Shown: positions 20,744 through 31,315 of the stretch, piece by piece | Position numbering within the stretch: the first letter of the stretch is position 1 | Layout: the number at the start of each line of letters is the position of its first letter | From: Deltaproteobacteria bacterium | GTDB taxonomy: Bacteria; Desulfobacterota; DSM-4660; Desulfatiglandales; HGW-15 | Assembly: GCA_016930835.1 (NCBI GenBank) | Contig: JAFGGA010000133.1 | Span: 10,343-74,342, forward strand | DNA: 64,000 nucleotides | Direction of reading: 5' to 3' | Notes under the pieces: generated by a model | The model's input: only the letters and a program-made list of their open reading frames with translations | Database searches by the model: none | Told to the model about the DNA's origin: nothing | Program-made: the position numbers and the translations under genes

Positions 20744-23605
20744 TTATTGATTCCTTCCGCAACATTTTTTGTATTTTTTGCCACTGCCGCAAGGGCAAGG
20801 GTCATTTCTGCCGACTTTCCTCGTATCACGCCGAACCGTCGCCGGTTTGTCTCCCATATCGCCATGACTAAGATGCATGGGTCTTTTTTTTTCTTTTGGG
20901 ATTTCTTCCGGTTTCTGTTTTAGGAGCGATATGCGGGAAAGGGTCATCAGGGTTTCTTCTCGGATACGGTCCATAAGTCCTTCAAAAAGTGCGAATCCTT
21001 CTTTTTGGTATTCCCTTAAAGGGTCTAGCTGACCATATCCCCTAAGCCCGATTCCCTCCTTCATATGATCCATGTTTTGAAGGTGGGCAACCCATTGATG
21101 ATCGATGATCTGAAGTATAATGATCCGTTCAATGGATTCCAGATCCTTTTTCCCGAAATCAGACTCCCTTTTTTTGAAGACCTCTTGGACCTGCTTCATC
21201 AGTATATCAGTCAAGGCCTCCGGGGTTAAGCGATCAAAGGTCTCTTCTCCCAGATCTTCCGGACTGATCTTGGGCAGGAAACCGAATAAACGGCTGAGGT
21301 GGTCTCTCAGGCCGGTGATATCCCATTCTTCAGGAGGCGCCTTTGAATCGGTGTAGGTTACAATGGCGGCATCGAGTTTATCCTCCACCATGCCGTTGAT
21401 AATATTTTTGGTTCCATCGCCCGTGAGAATATCCTTTCTGAGCGAGTAGATGATTTCTCTATGTTTATTCATTACATCATCATATTCAAGAAGATGTTTT
21501 CGAATATCGAAATTATGACCTTCAACCTTTTTCTGGGCATTTTCAATGGCTTTCGAAATCAAATTGTGTTCGATAGGCTCTCCTTCTTGCATGCCTAGAC
21601 GATCCATGATGGATGAGATTCTTTCAGACCCGAATATCCTGAGAAGATCATCCTCCAGGGAAAGGTAGAAGCGTGAAGAACCCGGATCGCCTTGACGACC
21701 GGAACGGCCCCGCAATTGATTGTCAATGCGTCTGCTTTCATGCCTTTCCGTTCCCAGGATATGAAGACCTCCCAGATCCACCACCCCTTCACCCAAGACA
21801 ATATCGGTCCCTCGACCGGCCATATTGGTTGAGATGGTGACGGTCCTCTTCTGGCCGGCCTGAGCGATAATCTCAGCCTCTTTTTGATGATGTTTGGCGT
21901 TTAACACGGAATGGGGGATTCCCGTCTTTTTCAGCATTTTGCTTAGGCTTTCCGATTTCTCAATAGAAATAGTGCCCACCAAAACAGGTTGCCCGTTTTC
22001 ATATAATCCTTTAATCTCTTCAACGACGGCATTAAATTTTTCCCTTTCACTTTTATAGATCACATCTGGGAAGTCTTTCCGGATCATGGGCCTATTGGTA
22101 GGGACAACAATAACTTCCAACTTATAGATATTATGAAATTCAGCGGCCTCGGTATCGGCGGTACCGGTCATTCCAGCTAGTTTCTCATACATCCGGAAGA
22201 AGTTTTGGAATGTGATGGTCGCCAGCGTTTGGTTTTCCTCCGCCACACTGACCCCTTCCTTTGCTTCGACCGCCTGATGCAGACCGTCACTCCAACGACG
22301 GCCGGGCATCATGCGGCCCGTAAATTCGTCAACAATGACGACCTGGCCATCCTTCACCACATATTGAACATCTTTTTCAAAGAGCCAGTAGGCCTTGATG
22401 AGTTGATGGGTCACATGAAGCAGTTCAGAAGAATGCATATAATGCTCTTCTAATTCTTTGATACGCGTCGCTTTTTCTGGATCACCCAGGCTCTCATCTT
22501 CGTTGATCAGTCGGCTCTTCTCGTCCAGATCCGGAAGGATATAATCTCCCAAACCTCCTCCTGAAAGGAGTCCGATGCCTTTTTCCGTCAGCTCGACTGA
22601 ATGACTGCGTTCATCGATGGTGCAATATAGATCTTGATCCAGTTCCGGCAGTAGTTTTTGACTTCGTAAAAGGCTTTCGGTTCGGTCTATCTCCTTTTTT
22701 AGATGTTGGTTATGGGCCAAGATATCCAAAAAAATGGGATTCTTCGGGTCTCCCCTCTTGACTTGAAGGAGCAGTTCAACGGTCCGGTCCCCATCGTCTT
22801 CAGTATCGAGTCGTCGCTTAATATCATCCAGAAGAGAACGCACGATGGTGTTTTGTTTTTTTTTGAGGTTGATGACAAGGGGCTTGGCGTCCAAATAAAT
22901 CTTGTTTTCACTATGTTCCACCGGCCCGCTGATAATCAAAGGGGTTCTGGATTCGTCGATAAGGATGCTATCGACTTCATCTACGATGGCAAAGTAGAAA
23001 TCCCGTTGGACAAAATCATCCAGCGAGAATTTCATATTGTCTCGAAGATAGTCAAATCCGAATTCATTATTGGTCCCATAGGTGATATCACAGGCATAGG
23101 CTTTTTTCCGCTCAGCATCATTCATGCCATGCACAATCACACCCACCGAAAGTCCTAAAAAGTTATAGATCGTACCCATCCAGTCCGCATCCCTTTTTGC
23201 CAGATAATCATTGACCGTGACGAGGTGGACGCCTCTCTCGGTCAGGGCATTTAGATAGAGCGGTAAGGTGGCGGCAAGGGTCTTGCCTTCACCGGTTTTC
23301 ATCTCAGCAATCTTACCTTCATGAAGCACGATCCCACCGACCAATTGAACATCAAAATGGCGCATCCCCAGGGTTCGAACCGATGCCTCACGGACGGCTG
23401 CAAAGGCCTCCGGAAGGATGTCATCAAGCACCTCTCCCTTTGATAGACGAGCCTTGAATTCCATGGTTTTTGCTTTTAATTGATCATTTGAAAGGGCCTT
23501 AAAGTCAGGTTCCAAGTGGTTTATTATCTCCACCAAAGGAGCCATGCTTTTCAATTCCCTCTCGTTTTTACTGCCAAAAATGCCTTTGATAAAATTACCT
23601 AACAT
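20744..23605 (-). CDS. secA: Preprotein translocase ATPase SecA
   Basis: DEAD-like motor motifs and the C-terminal zinc-binding tail [14 protein letters not shown]. Confidence 0.97.
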   Translation of the reverse strand: MLGNFIKGIFGSKNERELKSMAPLVEIINHLEPDFKALSNDQLKAKTMEFKARLSKGEVLDDILPEAFAAVREASVRTLGMRHFDVQLVGGIVLHEGKIAEMKTGEGKTLAATLPLYLNALTERGVHLVTVNDYLAKRDADWMGTIYNFLGLSVGVIVHGMNDAERKKAYACDITYGTNNEFGFDYLRDNMKFSLDDFVQRDFYFAIVDEVDSILIDESRTPLIISGPVEHSENKIYLDAKPLVINLKKKQNTIVRSLLDDIKRRLDTEDDGDRTVELLLQVKRGDPKNPIFLDILAHNQHLKKEIDRTESLLRSQKLLPELDQDLYCTIDERSHSVELTEKGIGLLSGGGLGDYILPDLDEKSRLINEDESLGDPEKATRIKELEEHYMHSSELLHVTHQLIKAYWLFEKDVQYVVKDGQVVIVDEFTGRMMPGRRWSDGLHQAVEAKEGVSVAEENQTLATITFQNFFRMYEKLAGMTGTADTEAAEFHNIYKLEVIVVPTNRPMIRKDFPDVIYKSEREKFNAVVEEIKGLYENGQPVLVGTISIEKSESLSKMLKKTGIPHSVLNAKHHQKEAEIIAQAGQKRTVTISTNMAGRGTDIVLGEGVVDLGGLHILGTERHESRRIDNQLRGRSGRQGDPGSSRFYLSLEDDLLRIFGSERISSIMDRLGMQEGEPIEHNLISKAIENAQKKVEGHNFDIRKHLLEYDDVMNKHREIIYSLRKDILTGDGTKNIINGMVEDKLDAAIVTYTDSKAPPEEWDITGLRDHLSRLFGFLPKISPEDLGEETFDRLTPEALTDILMKQVQEVFKKRESDFGKKDLESIERIIILQIIDHQWVAHLQNMDHMKEGIGLRGYGQLDPLREYQKEGFALFEGLMDRIREETLMTLSRISLLKQKPEEIPKEKKRPMHLSHGDMGDKPATVRRDTRKVGRNDPCPCGSGKKYKKCCGRNQ

Positions 23606-23748
23606 GAAAGTATTCTCACTATTTTTGCATTAACAATAAGCGCATGTGAAGACATGCCGCAAGGCCTCATCAAAAGATTATGATATACTTTGACGGATTA
23701 TATACAAAAAATCAAAAGAAGTGAATCGGCTTATTTCCTGATAGGGGA

Positions 23749-24657
23749 TTAATCGAGGATAAATCGGCGAGGATCTGCCGGGACCCCTTTCAACTGGACT
23801 TCGTAATGTAAATGTGGCCCGGTGGTACGGCCGGTATTTCCGACTTGGGCGATGACATCGCCACGTTTGACGGCCTGATCCTTTTTGACCAAGGATTTAT
23901 CCAGATGAAGGTAACTGGTTTTGATGCCGTAACCATGGTTGATGGTAATAAACCGGCCGGAGTTACGGTTTTCTCCCACGTAGGAAATCACACCATCGGC
24001 CGGGGCGATGATGGGCGATCCTTTTCTTGCGGAGATATCAAGGCCGCTGTGGAATTCTTTTTTATTGGTAAAGGGGGAAATACGATATCCAAAATTGGAA
24101 GTTACCCAACCTTTGAGGGGCCAGATGGATGGCGTGCAGGCAAACATGGATTTCTGGCTTTCAAGGAACTTGTAGAGGTCCTTTTTTTCCTCCATTTGCA
24201 AGGCTATTTCAGTATTGAGGTTATCCAAGGATTGGTGCATGAGGCGGACGAGTTTTTGGTGGGCCTTTTCGATAGTGTATTCAGGGTCCAGGAGTGTGGG
24301 GTCTGAACCGCCGACACCAATGAACTGGGTGTCGCTCTCCCCGGTTTCAAGATCGACCATGACCTTTAGTTTGTGATCGAACTCTTTCAGTTCAATCATC
24401 TCCCCATTGATCTCATCGATCTTTTGGGACAAGGCGGCGAGTTGAAGTTTTTGTTGTTGGTTTTCCTTGAGTAGATAATGACGATCCGGAAGTTCCGTCC
24501 TTAACCGATGGTAGTCCATAAAGGCCCAAGTGAGGAGTCCAATGACGGTTAATGATGCGAGGGTGAAAAGATGGATAAGGAATTTGGGGATCTTGATTTG
24601 TTTAACATTCCTAACGCCATCAGGGAGATACATTATGGTGATCTTTTTAAACTTCAA
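23749..24657 (-). CDS. M23 family metallopeptidase
   Basis: HSGLDI and GPHLHYEV motifs with an N-terminal membrane anchor. The start is probably TTG. Confidence 0.85.
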   Translation of the reverse strand: MKFKKITIMYLPDGVRNVKQIKIPKFLIHLFTLASLTVIGLLTWAFMDYHRLRTELPDRHYLLKENQQQKLQLAALSQKIDEINGEMIELKEFDHKLKVMVDLETGESDTQFIGVGGSDPTLLDPEYTIEKAHQKLVRLMHQSLDNLNTEIALQMEEKKDLYKFLESQKSMFACTPSIWPLKGWVTSNFGYRISPFTNKKEFHSGLDISARKGSPIIAPADGVISYVGENRNSGRFITINHGYGIKTSYLHLDKSLVKKDQAVKRGDVIAQVGNTGRTTGPHLHYEVQLKGVPADPRRFILD

Positions 24658-24806
24658 AATGAACTCTCACTATTGATTAAAGTATGAAGAAATATTACCG
24701 CGCCCCGTTCAGAATTCATTCGGCATATAAAAATGTTACTTCAACAGATATGATTTAACATAAAATAAATCAAGATGTCAACCTTTATATTGAGATTTTG
24801 CCATTT

Positions 24807-26636
24807 TTATCGCTCTTCTTTAAATTCTGAAATGCGCTGGGCAAGGGATGGATGGATGCCCGGTATGGATGTCAGTTCCTCAATTGACGCGTTCAGTACA
24901 CCTTCCATGCTTCCAAATCTTTTCAATAAGATCTTTTTTCTTTTTCCGCCAATACCGGGGATATGATCCAATCGCGAAATCCCTATTTTTTTGGCCCTGA
25001 GTCTGCGATGGTGGCCGATAGCACGACGATGGGCCTCATCTCGTATGCGCATTAATAAAAGCAAGACAGGATGGTCTTGTTTCAGTGGTAATGGATTCTT
25101 TCGGCCAGGGAGAAATATCTTGTCCATTGTTTCGGATTTTTCCTTACGGGCCTTGGCGATGGCCACCAAGTCAGGCTTATCAGGACCCTTGAAGTCTTTC
25201 ATAGCCCGCTGGGCGGCCAGAAGGTGTCCTTTCCCCCCATCCACCAAAATAAGATCAGGTGGCTGGCCCCGTGAAAGGCGCCTGGCGACCAACTCCGACA
25301 TCATGCCATAATCATCAATATAGTCAATCTTTTTTATTTTATAACCGCGATACCCCGATTTATACGGCAGGCCTTCCACAAAGGAAACCACCGCTCCCAC
25401 CGGCAGATCACCTTGTAGATTGGATATATCGAGCCCCTCGATGATTCTGGGTATCTTCTTTAGATTCAACGTTGACTTGGTCTGTTCCATGAGATCATGT
25501 TTCTGTGCCTGGATATTCCTGGCAAGGCAATCTTGGGCATTGGAGATGGCCAGTTGAAGGATGCGAAGCTTTTCCCCCCGTTGTGGGAGATAAATGGCAA
25601 CGCGCTTTCCGGCCAGATCGGAAAGCCAATCTTTAATGGAATCCGTATCTCGAATGGGTTCAGAGATAAGGATCTCTTTGGGAATAAATGATTCATGGGA
25701 ATAATATTGTTTTAAAAAGGCCTCCATGACGTCAAAGGGTTCGTTATCCTTTTCCCGGAATAAATAATCTCGTTTACCCTGTAAATAGCCGCCGCGGATA
25801 AATAAGATCATTAGTTGAAAGATTCCGTCCTGATGCACAAGACCAATAACATCTTGGTCTTCCAGCCTGGAGGATACGACGCGCTGGCGTTCAATGGTAT
25901 TTTCGATGGCCTTGATCATGTCACGGATTCGGGCTGCTTCTTCAAACTGGAGTCGGATGGAAGCCGTTTCCATATCTTTCTTTAATTGTCCGATTAACGT
26001 CGGGTTCCTACCTTCCAAAAAGAGCTTCACGTGTTGAACGATCAACCCGTATTCGTTCATTGGGATATCATGGGTGCATGGTCCCAAACATCTTCCGAGT
26101 TGCCCGTTCAGGCAGGGGCGTGTTCTTTTTGGCACCCCAGCACTTTTGCATTTTCTAAGTTGAAATATTTTATCAATAAATTTAAGTGTGCTACGCACGG
26201 AAAGGGCGGAAGAAAAGGGGCCAAAATAGAGGGCCCCGTCCTTTTTCATTCTTCGTACAATGCTCAGGCGAGGATAGGGTTCTTTAATGCTAAATCTCAA
26301 ACAGGGGTATTGTTTATCATCCCGCAAGATAATATTGTATCGGGGCATGTGCTTCTTGATAAGGGTGCTCTCCAGAATGAACGCCTCGTTCTCGGTTTTA
26401 GTGATTATGTAGCCAAGATCCTTGGCCTTTTTCATCATATGAGCGGTTTTAGGGGACAGTTCTGAGAAGGGTTTAAAATAGCTTAAAACCCTTTTTTTGA
26501 TATTTTTGGCCTTTCCCACATAGATAACCCGACCGTTATTGTCCTTAAATAGATACACCCCTGGATCTTCAGGCATCTCTTTACGAATAGATTCTAAATC
26601 CATGCTGGTCTGGGTATCTTTTATGATTGGGTTCAT
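24807..26636 (-). CDS. uvrC: Excinuclease ABC subunit C
   Basis: GIY-YIG N-terminus (PGVYLFKD...VIYVGKA) and a C-terminal HhH domain. I trimmed the start to ATG 26636 to remove an overlap with the divergent gene. Confidence 0.93.
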   Translation of the reverse strand: MNPIIKDTQTSMDLESIRKEMPEDPGVYLFKDNNGRVIYVGKAKNIKKRVLSYFKPFSELSPKTAHMMKKAKDLGYIITKTENEAFILESTLIKKHMPRYNIILRDDKQYPCLRFSIKEPYPRLSIVRRMKKDGALYFGPFSSALSVRSTLKFIDKIFQLRKCKSAGVPKRTRPCLNGQLGRCLGPCTHDIPMNEYGLIVQHVKLFLEGRNPTLIGQLKKDMETASIRLQFEEAARIRDMIKAIENTIERQRVVSSRLEDQDVIGLVHQDGIFQLMILFIRGGYLQGKRDYLFREKDNEPFDVMEAFLKQYYSHESFIPKEILISEPIRDTDSIKDWLSDLAGKRVAIYLPQRGEKLRILQLAISNAQDCLARNIQAQKHDLMEQTKSTLNLKKIPRIIEGLDISNLQGDLPVGAVVSFVEGLPYKSGYRGYKIKKIDYIDDYGMMSELVARRLSRGQPPDLILVDGGKGHLLAAQRAMKDFKGPDKPDLVAIAKARKEKSETMDKIFLPGRKNPLPLKQDHPVLLLLMRIRDEAHRRAIGHHRRLRAKKIGISRLDHIPGIGGKRKKILLKRFGSMEGVLNASIEELTSIPGIHPSLAQRISEFKEER

Positions 26637-26757
26637 GGTTGGTTCTTCATTTCTCAGTTGCTTACAATTAGGGTAAGTGATAAAAATGATCATCGTCAAG
26701 AAAATTGTCCGGAAAAAAACAAAAACCAAGAATGATCGTCACGCCCTATCTAACCAT

Positions 26758-27765
26758 ATGAGACCTTCCTTTCACCCCAGGTTGATCAATGATCCCTTAT
26801 CAGATCCAGGATTATTTATCCCGTTTCTTTTTGAAAAACGAGCCCTCATGTTTGATCTCGGTGAGATAAGGCCTCTCTCTTCAAAGGATTTGCTGAAATT
26901 AACCCATGTCTTCGTCACCCACACCCATATGGATCATTTTATCGGCTTTGATAGCCTTTTAAGGATATTCCTGGGCCGTGATAAAAATCTCCATTTGTTC
27001 GGGCCCCCTTGCTTTTTTGATCGAGTAGAGGGAAAATTGGCCGGCTACACATGGAATTTGGTCGATGAATATCAGGATGACTTTCGGCTAAAGGTGACCG
27101 AGGTGCATCCCGACCGGATAATTACGAGGGAATATTGCTGCCAAAAACAGTTCATGCCATCGGACAAGGACAGAATAGAGCCCTTTTTCAGGGTTCTGTT
27201 TCATGAACCGGCTTTCCACGTGGAAGCCATGTTGCTTGATCATCGTGTTCCATGTCTGGCGTTTTCATTAGTCGAAAACTATTATGTTCATATTATTAAA
27301 GAAGGTCTTCGGGAACTTGGGCTTGATGTGGGACCTTGGCTTAATCGGTTCAAGAAGGCGATTTATGAAAAAAGGCCTTTACAAGGGGATTTTATAGTAA
27401 CCTGGGAGGAGCGTGGAATGACCATTAGAGAAAAAAAGTTCATCCTGGGCGAATTAACAGATAAGATTGCGCGTATCGCACCGGGCCAGAAAATCACCTA
27501 TATCACGGATGTATCGGGTAGCCCGGAAAACAAAAAGAAGATTACTCAACTTGCCCAAGATGCGGACCATCTTTTTATAGAGGCCGCATTTTTGGATCGA
27601 GATAAAGCGATCGCCCAAAAAAAATTTCACTTAACCGCAAAAGAGGCGGGTGAATTGGCAAGAGAGGCCGCCGTTAAGGAGTTGACCCTATTTCATTTCT
27701 CCCCAAGATATTCACGAATGGTCGAGGCTATAGAAAAAGAGGCCATGGCGGCATTTCATGCATAG
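26758..27765 (+). CDS. MBL-fold metallo-hydrolase (ribonuclease Z-like)
   Basis: Contains the VTHTHMDH motif. I trimmed the start to ATG 26758. Confidence 0.75.
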   Translation: MRPSFHPRLINDPLSDPGLFIPFLFEKRALMFDLGEIRPLSSKDLLKLTHVFVTHTHMDHFIGFDSLLRIFLGRDKNLHLFGPPCFFDRVEGKLAGYTWNLVDEYQDDFRLKVTEVHPDRIITREYCCQKQFMPSDKDRIEPFFRVLFHEPAFHVEAMLLDHRVPCLAFSLVENYYVHIIKEGLRELGLDVGPWLNRFKKAIYEKRPLQGDFIVTWEERGMTIREKKFILGELTDKIARIAPGQKITYITDVSGSPENKKKITQLAQDADHLFIEAAFLDRDKAIAQKKFHLTAKEAGELAREAAVKELTLFHFSPRYSRMVEAIEKEAMAAFHA

Positions 27766-27785
27766 CTCCCCACCAGTGGCCTTTC

Positions 27786-28562
27786 CTATATCGAATTCAA
27801 TATCTTTGCTAAATCTATATGAATAAAAGGATTAGCCGCTAATATGTTGCCCTGATAAGGATGGTAAGGAGCCCTTTGAAAGTCCGTTACCACGCCACCC
27901 GCTTCCGAGACAATCAAGCTACCTGCGGCTGTATCCCATGGGTTAAGTCCTTCCTCCCAAAAACCGTCCAGTCGTCCCGCGGCCACATAGCACAAATCGA
28001 TTGCCGCAGAACCCGGTCTGCGCACGCCCTGTACGCAAACGATAATTTTTGCAAAAAGATCCAGAATATGATGGGGATCCTCACGCAGGTGATAAGGGAA
28101 GCCGGTCGCTAAAAGGGAATCTTCCAAATGTCGGGTAGAGGATACATTTATAGTGCCCCGGTTCAAGAATGCCCCCTTGCCCTTAACGGCCTCGAACCGC
28201 TCATTGGTGTAAGGATTATAAACCAGGCCCAGGATGATCTCATTTTCAACTTCGAGGGCTATGGAGACAGCGAAAAAAGGAAATGCATGGGCAAAATTGG
28301 TCGTGCCATCCAAAGGGTCTATTATCCAAACTCGTTTGGAAGGACGTTGGTGAATACCGGATTCTTCAGTCAATATAGTATCCTGAGGGAATCTATCCTG
28401 AATGATACGGACAATGGTCGATTCCGATTGAAGATCAGCCTCCGTGACCAGGTCGACGACCCCTTTTTTCTTGATCTGAAGGTTTTTCCCAAATAACCTG
28501 TTTAAAATATCACCTGAATTTTCAGCGGCTTCTCTGGCGGTGGATAATTCTTTTTCCCACAT
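27786..28562 (-). CDS. Inositol monophosphatase family protein
   Basis: WIIDPLDGTTNF and a DTAAG-like motif are present. I trimmed the start to ATG 28562. Confidence 0.85.
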   Translation of the reverse strand: MWEKELSTAREAAENSGDILNRLFGKNLQIKKKGVVDLVTEADLQSESTIVRIIQDRFPQDTILTEESGIHQRPSKRVWIIDPLDGTTNFAHAFPFFAVSIALEVENEIILGLVYNPYTNERFEAVKGKGAFLNRGTINVSSTRHLEDSLLATGFPYHLREDPHHILDLFAKIIVCVQGVRRPGSAAIDLCYVAAGRLDGFWEEGLNPWDTAAGSLIVSEAGGVVTDFQRAPYHPYQGNILAANPFIHIDLAKILNSI

Positions 28563-28750
28563 AATATATGCCTGTTGATATGATTGGTTCGTTTGGTAAA
28601 TGATGATCTTCAATGGGTCATTCGGCCCAGTATGACGGCATTCCAGACGATATGCCCATGTGCCCTGGATTTGAAAATTATTTCAAGGCGTTAGGATATC
28701 GCTTGGCACTTTAAATGCTTGAGATTTACCATTATCATATCTGAAAATTC

Positions 28751-28779
28751 TTGACAACCGAATGTGACGGTGGTAGCTA
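28751..28779 (+). promoter_or_regulatory. Sigma-70-type promoter candidate for rpsF (TTGACA-17 nt-TAGCTA with TG extension)
   Basis: TTGACA lies at 28751-28756 and tgGTAGCTA ends at 28779. This implies a ~175-nt leader. Confidence 0.5.
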
Positions 28780-28960
28780 ATTCGTTTTTATTATGTTACT
28801 CCTTGTTCCGTATAAGCTTTTCGGTTGGGATTCAGACCAAATCAGGTCCATCAATATCCGATGATGGGGATTCGGAGCTGAATAAGGCCGCAACCCAGAT
28901 CCACCAGCCATGTGCGGGACCAAATGGATTTAACGATTAAGCCCGAAAGGAGAAAGTAGT

Positions 28961-29392
28961 ATGAGACATTATGAATTGATCTATATTATCAATCCCAATT
29001 TAGCGGATGAGGACTACAAAGCAGTCATCCAAAAGGTTAAGGACCTTATTCAAGAGCAAAAAGGAGTTGTGATCAAGACCCAGGAGTGGGGAAAGCAAAC
29101 ACTGGCATATTGGATCAAAAAATTCGATAAGGGTTTTTACGTATTTATTGAATTCTGTGCAGAGCAAACATTAATCGCCCTACTGGAACGGATCTTCAAC
29201 CTGGATGACCGAATACTAAAGTTTCAGACCGTTAAGTTGGCCGATAAGGCTGACCCGGAAAAACTCTTAAAAGAACAAGAAGGCAAGTTAAAGAAAAGCG
29301 ATACACAGGGGGGTTCGTCCGGTCAAGAGCAATCATCAAATCCTGATAATGAAACAGGATCAGATAGCGAGGTGAGAAATGGCGATGAATGA
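28961..29392 (+). CDS. rpsF: 30S ribosomal protein S6 (long acidic C-terminal tail)
   Basis: [14 protein letters not shown]... is an S6 N-terminus, and the start follows an AAAGGAG RBS. Confidence 0.95.
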   Translation: MRHYELIYIINPNLADEDYKAVIQKVKDLIQEQKGVVIKTQEWGKQTLAYWIKKFDKGFYVFIEFCAEQTLIALLERIFNLDDRILKFQTVKLADKADPEKLLKEQEGKLKKSDTQGGSSGQEQSSNPDNETGSDSEVRNGDE

Positions 29393-29639
29393 TAAAATGA
29401 ATGGCAAACGCAAGATGACTTATCATCGGAGAAAATTATGCCGGTTCTGCGCAGATAGCAGCATTATAATTGATTATAAAGACGTCAGGATGCTTAGGTT
29501 ATATACCACTGAAAGGGGAAAAATCGTTCCGAGGCGCATTTCCGGAAACTGCGCCAAGCATCAGAGGATATTAACGGTGGCCATCAATAGGGCGAGAAAC
29601 ATCGCATTGTTACCTTTTACCACGTCCACAATTCGATAA
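29379..29639 (+). CDS. rpsR: 30S ribosomal protein S18
   Basis: CRFC...IDYKDV..L..Y..ERGKI.PRR.SG.CAKHQR signature. Confidence 0.95.
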   Translation: MAMNDKMNGKRKMTYHRRKLCRFCADSSIIIDYKDVRMLRLYTTERGKIVPRRISGNCAKHQRILTVAINRARNIALLPFTTSTIR

Positions 29640-29660
29640 AGTCCTTCTCAAAATAGATCA

Positions 29661-29712
29661 AGATGTCCATCTCATCTCAATCAATAATGAATGAGGTGGA
29701 CATCTCATTTTT
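29661..29712 (+). terminator. Rho-independent terminator after rpsR
   Basis: A 15-bp stem (agatgtccatctcat / atgaggtggacatct, one G-U pair) is followed by cattttt. Confidence 0.7.
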
Positions 29713-29836
29713 CGAGTCAAAAACATTTCGGGTCTTGACAAAAAACGATTACCGTCAACCTCAATGAATCATGCGCTTTCTAAGGTGTATGCACTTTTAG
29801 AACCGGCCATTTAATAAAATATTGCATACCGATATA

Positions 29837-30784
29837 ATGATGAAGATTAACGATCTAATGATATGTAGCGGATTTGTCATGTTTTTTTCCATGGCCTCGA
29901 TCCTGATCCCGGTGGTCGGATCTTTTATCAGCCTACTCATCCCCTTGCCCTTTCTGTTTTACTCCAGTAAGTTGGGCCTTCAACAAGGGATGATCATCGG
30001 CTTGATCAGTCTGTTTATTGTCAGTATGACGTCCACCTTAATAGGATATCCTCACATCATTATCCAATGCATCGAGTTTGGTCTTTTGGGTTTGATTATT
30101 TCAGAGGCGTTTCGAAGAAAATACTCATTCGGCATAACGATTTTGGGTGGGATTCTCACGACCATTTGCACGGCTTCCGTCATCCTTATCGCAATGGCCG
30201 CTTACACGGGGAACGGCCCAATAGACCTGATCCTTGATTATTTCCAAAACGATCTGAATCAGGCCATCCATCTTTATGAAAATTCGGGTATGGAACAGGA
30301 ACAGATCACGGAATTGCAGCAGTTTAGTCAAATGTTCGTTGATTTATTCAAAAAGATATTTCCATCATTTATTATTGTCTGGACCGGAATCGTGGTATGG
30401 ATTAATGTCATCATCAGCAGGCCGCTTTTTGCCAGAAAAGGCATTCGATATCCGAATTTTGGATCTTTGGATAGGTGGCAGGCCCCGGAATTCTTGGTCT
30501 GGGGGCTCATCGTCTCAGGATTCGCTTTATTTTTACCCGTAAGCGGTATAAAATGGGCCGCGGCCAATGCCCTTATTGTGATGGGTGTTATATATTTTTT
30601 TGGCGGCCTTTCTATTGTTTTATTCCTGTTCAATAAATATCATATTCCTTCTTGGGCTCGAGTTGGAATATATATCTTATTGAGCATACAGGTGGTTTTT
30701 TGGTTGGTCTTGGCCTTGGCGGGGCTTTTTGACCAATGGATTGATCTTAGGAAGATTCATTATCAAGAAAATGAGACGAATTAG
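29837..30784 (+). CDS. DUF2232/YybS-like polytopic membrane protein
   Basis: Multi-TMS protein located immediately upstream of rplI-dnaB, the same synteny as yybS in Bacillus. Confidence 0.65.
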   Translation: MMKINDLMICSGFVMFFSMASILIPVVGSFISLLIPLPFLFYSSKLGLQQGMIIGLISLFIVSMTSTLIGYPHIIIQCIEFGLLGLIISEAFRRKYSFGITILGGILTTICTASVILIAMAAYTGNGPIDLILDYFQNDLNQAIHLYENSGMEQEQITELQQFSQMFVDLFKKIFPSFIIVWTGIVVWINVIISRPLFARKGIRYPNFGSLDRWQAPEFLVWGLIVSGFALFLPVSGIKWAAANALIVMGVIYFFGGLSIVLFLFNKYHIPSWARVGIYILLSIQVVFWLVLALAGLFDQWIDLRKIHYQENETN

Positions 30785-30802
30785 TCAAATGGAGGCATAT
30801 TT

Positions 30803-31249
30803 ATGAAAGTCATTTTAAAGCAGAGTATAGACGCATTGGGTCTTGAGGGCGATACTGTAAATGTTGCCATCGGTTACGCCCGAAATTATCTCATCCCTAA
30901 GGGATTTGCACTGCTCGCCAACCGTCAAAATATTAAGTTCATGGAATCGCAGAAAAAAAAGATCGAATTGCGCCGGCTCAAGGCCCTTGAAGATGCTGAA
31001 AAGGTGAAGACCCGAATGGCGGATCTGGTTATCACCATCCCTCAAAAGGTCGGAGAAGAAGACCGTCTTTACGGTTCAGTAACCGCTATGGATATTGCCG
31101 CGCGGATGGAAGAAGCGGGCGTTGTCATTGATCGCAGGAAGATCCTGTTGGATAAACCGATTAAAACCCTGGGCGAGTTCAATGTGCCCATAAAGATCTA
31201 TCCAAAAGTAAACGGTTCTGTCAAAGTCTTGGTGGTTCCGGCTGAATAG
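30803..31249 (+). CDS. rplI: 50S ribosomal protein L9
   Basis: MKVILKQSIDALGLEGDTVNVAIGYARNYLIP is an L9 N-terminus. Confidence 0.95.
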   Translation: MKVILKQSIDALGLEGDTVNVAIGYARNYLIPKGFALLANRQNIKFMESQKKKIELRRLKALEDAEKVKTRMADLVITIPQKVGEEDRLYGSVTAMDIAARMEEAGVVIDRRKILLDKPIKTLGEFNVPIKIYPKVNGSVKVLVVPAE

Positions 31250-31315
31250 GTATGCTCCTTTCGGTTTAGGCGTTTCATCCTTTTAACTTCGGGATAAAGC
31301 GGAGTTAGGTTTCAT

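Noticed and set aside
26637-26757. Overlap of the uvrC (to 26729) and MBL-hydrolase (from 26677) ORFs
   Set aside because: Both track ORFs have implausible hydrophobic or basic N-terminal extensions. Internal ATGs (26636 and 26758) give homologous N-termini and a normal divergent intergenic region.
28704-28719. Sigma-54-like sequence TGGCACtttaaATGCT upstream of rpsF
   Set aside because: It has a mismatch in the critical -12 TTGC element. A ribosomal protein operon with a good sigma-70 promoter 45 nt downstream is an unlikely sigma-54 target, so it is probably a chance match (mentioned under the rpsF leader finding).
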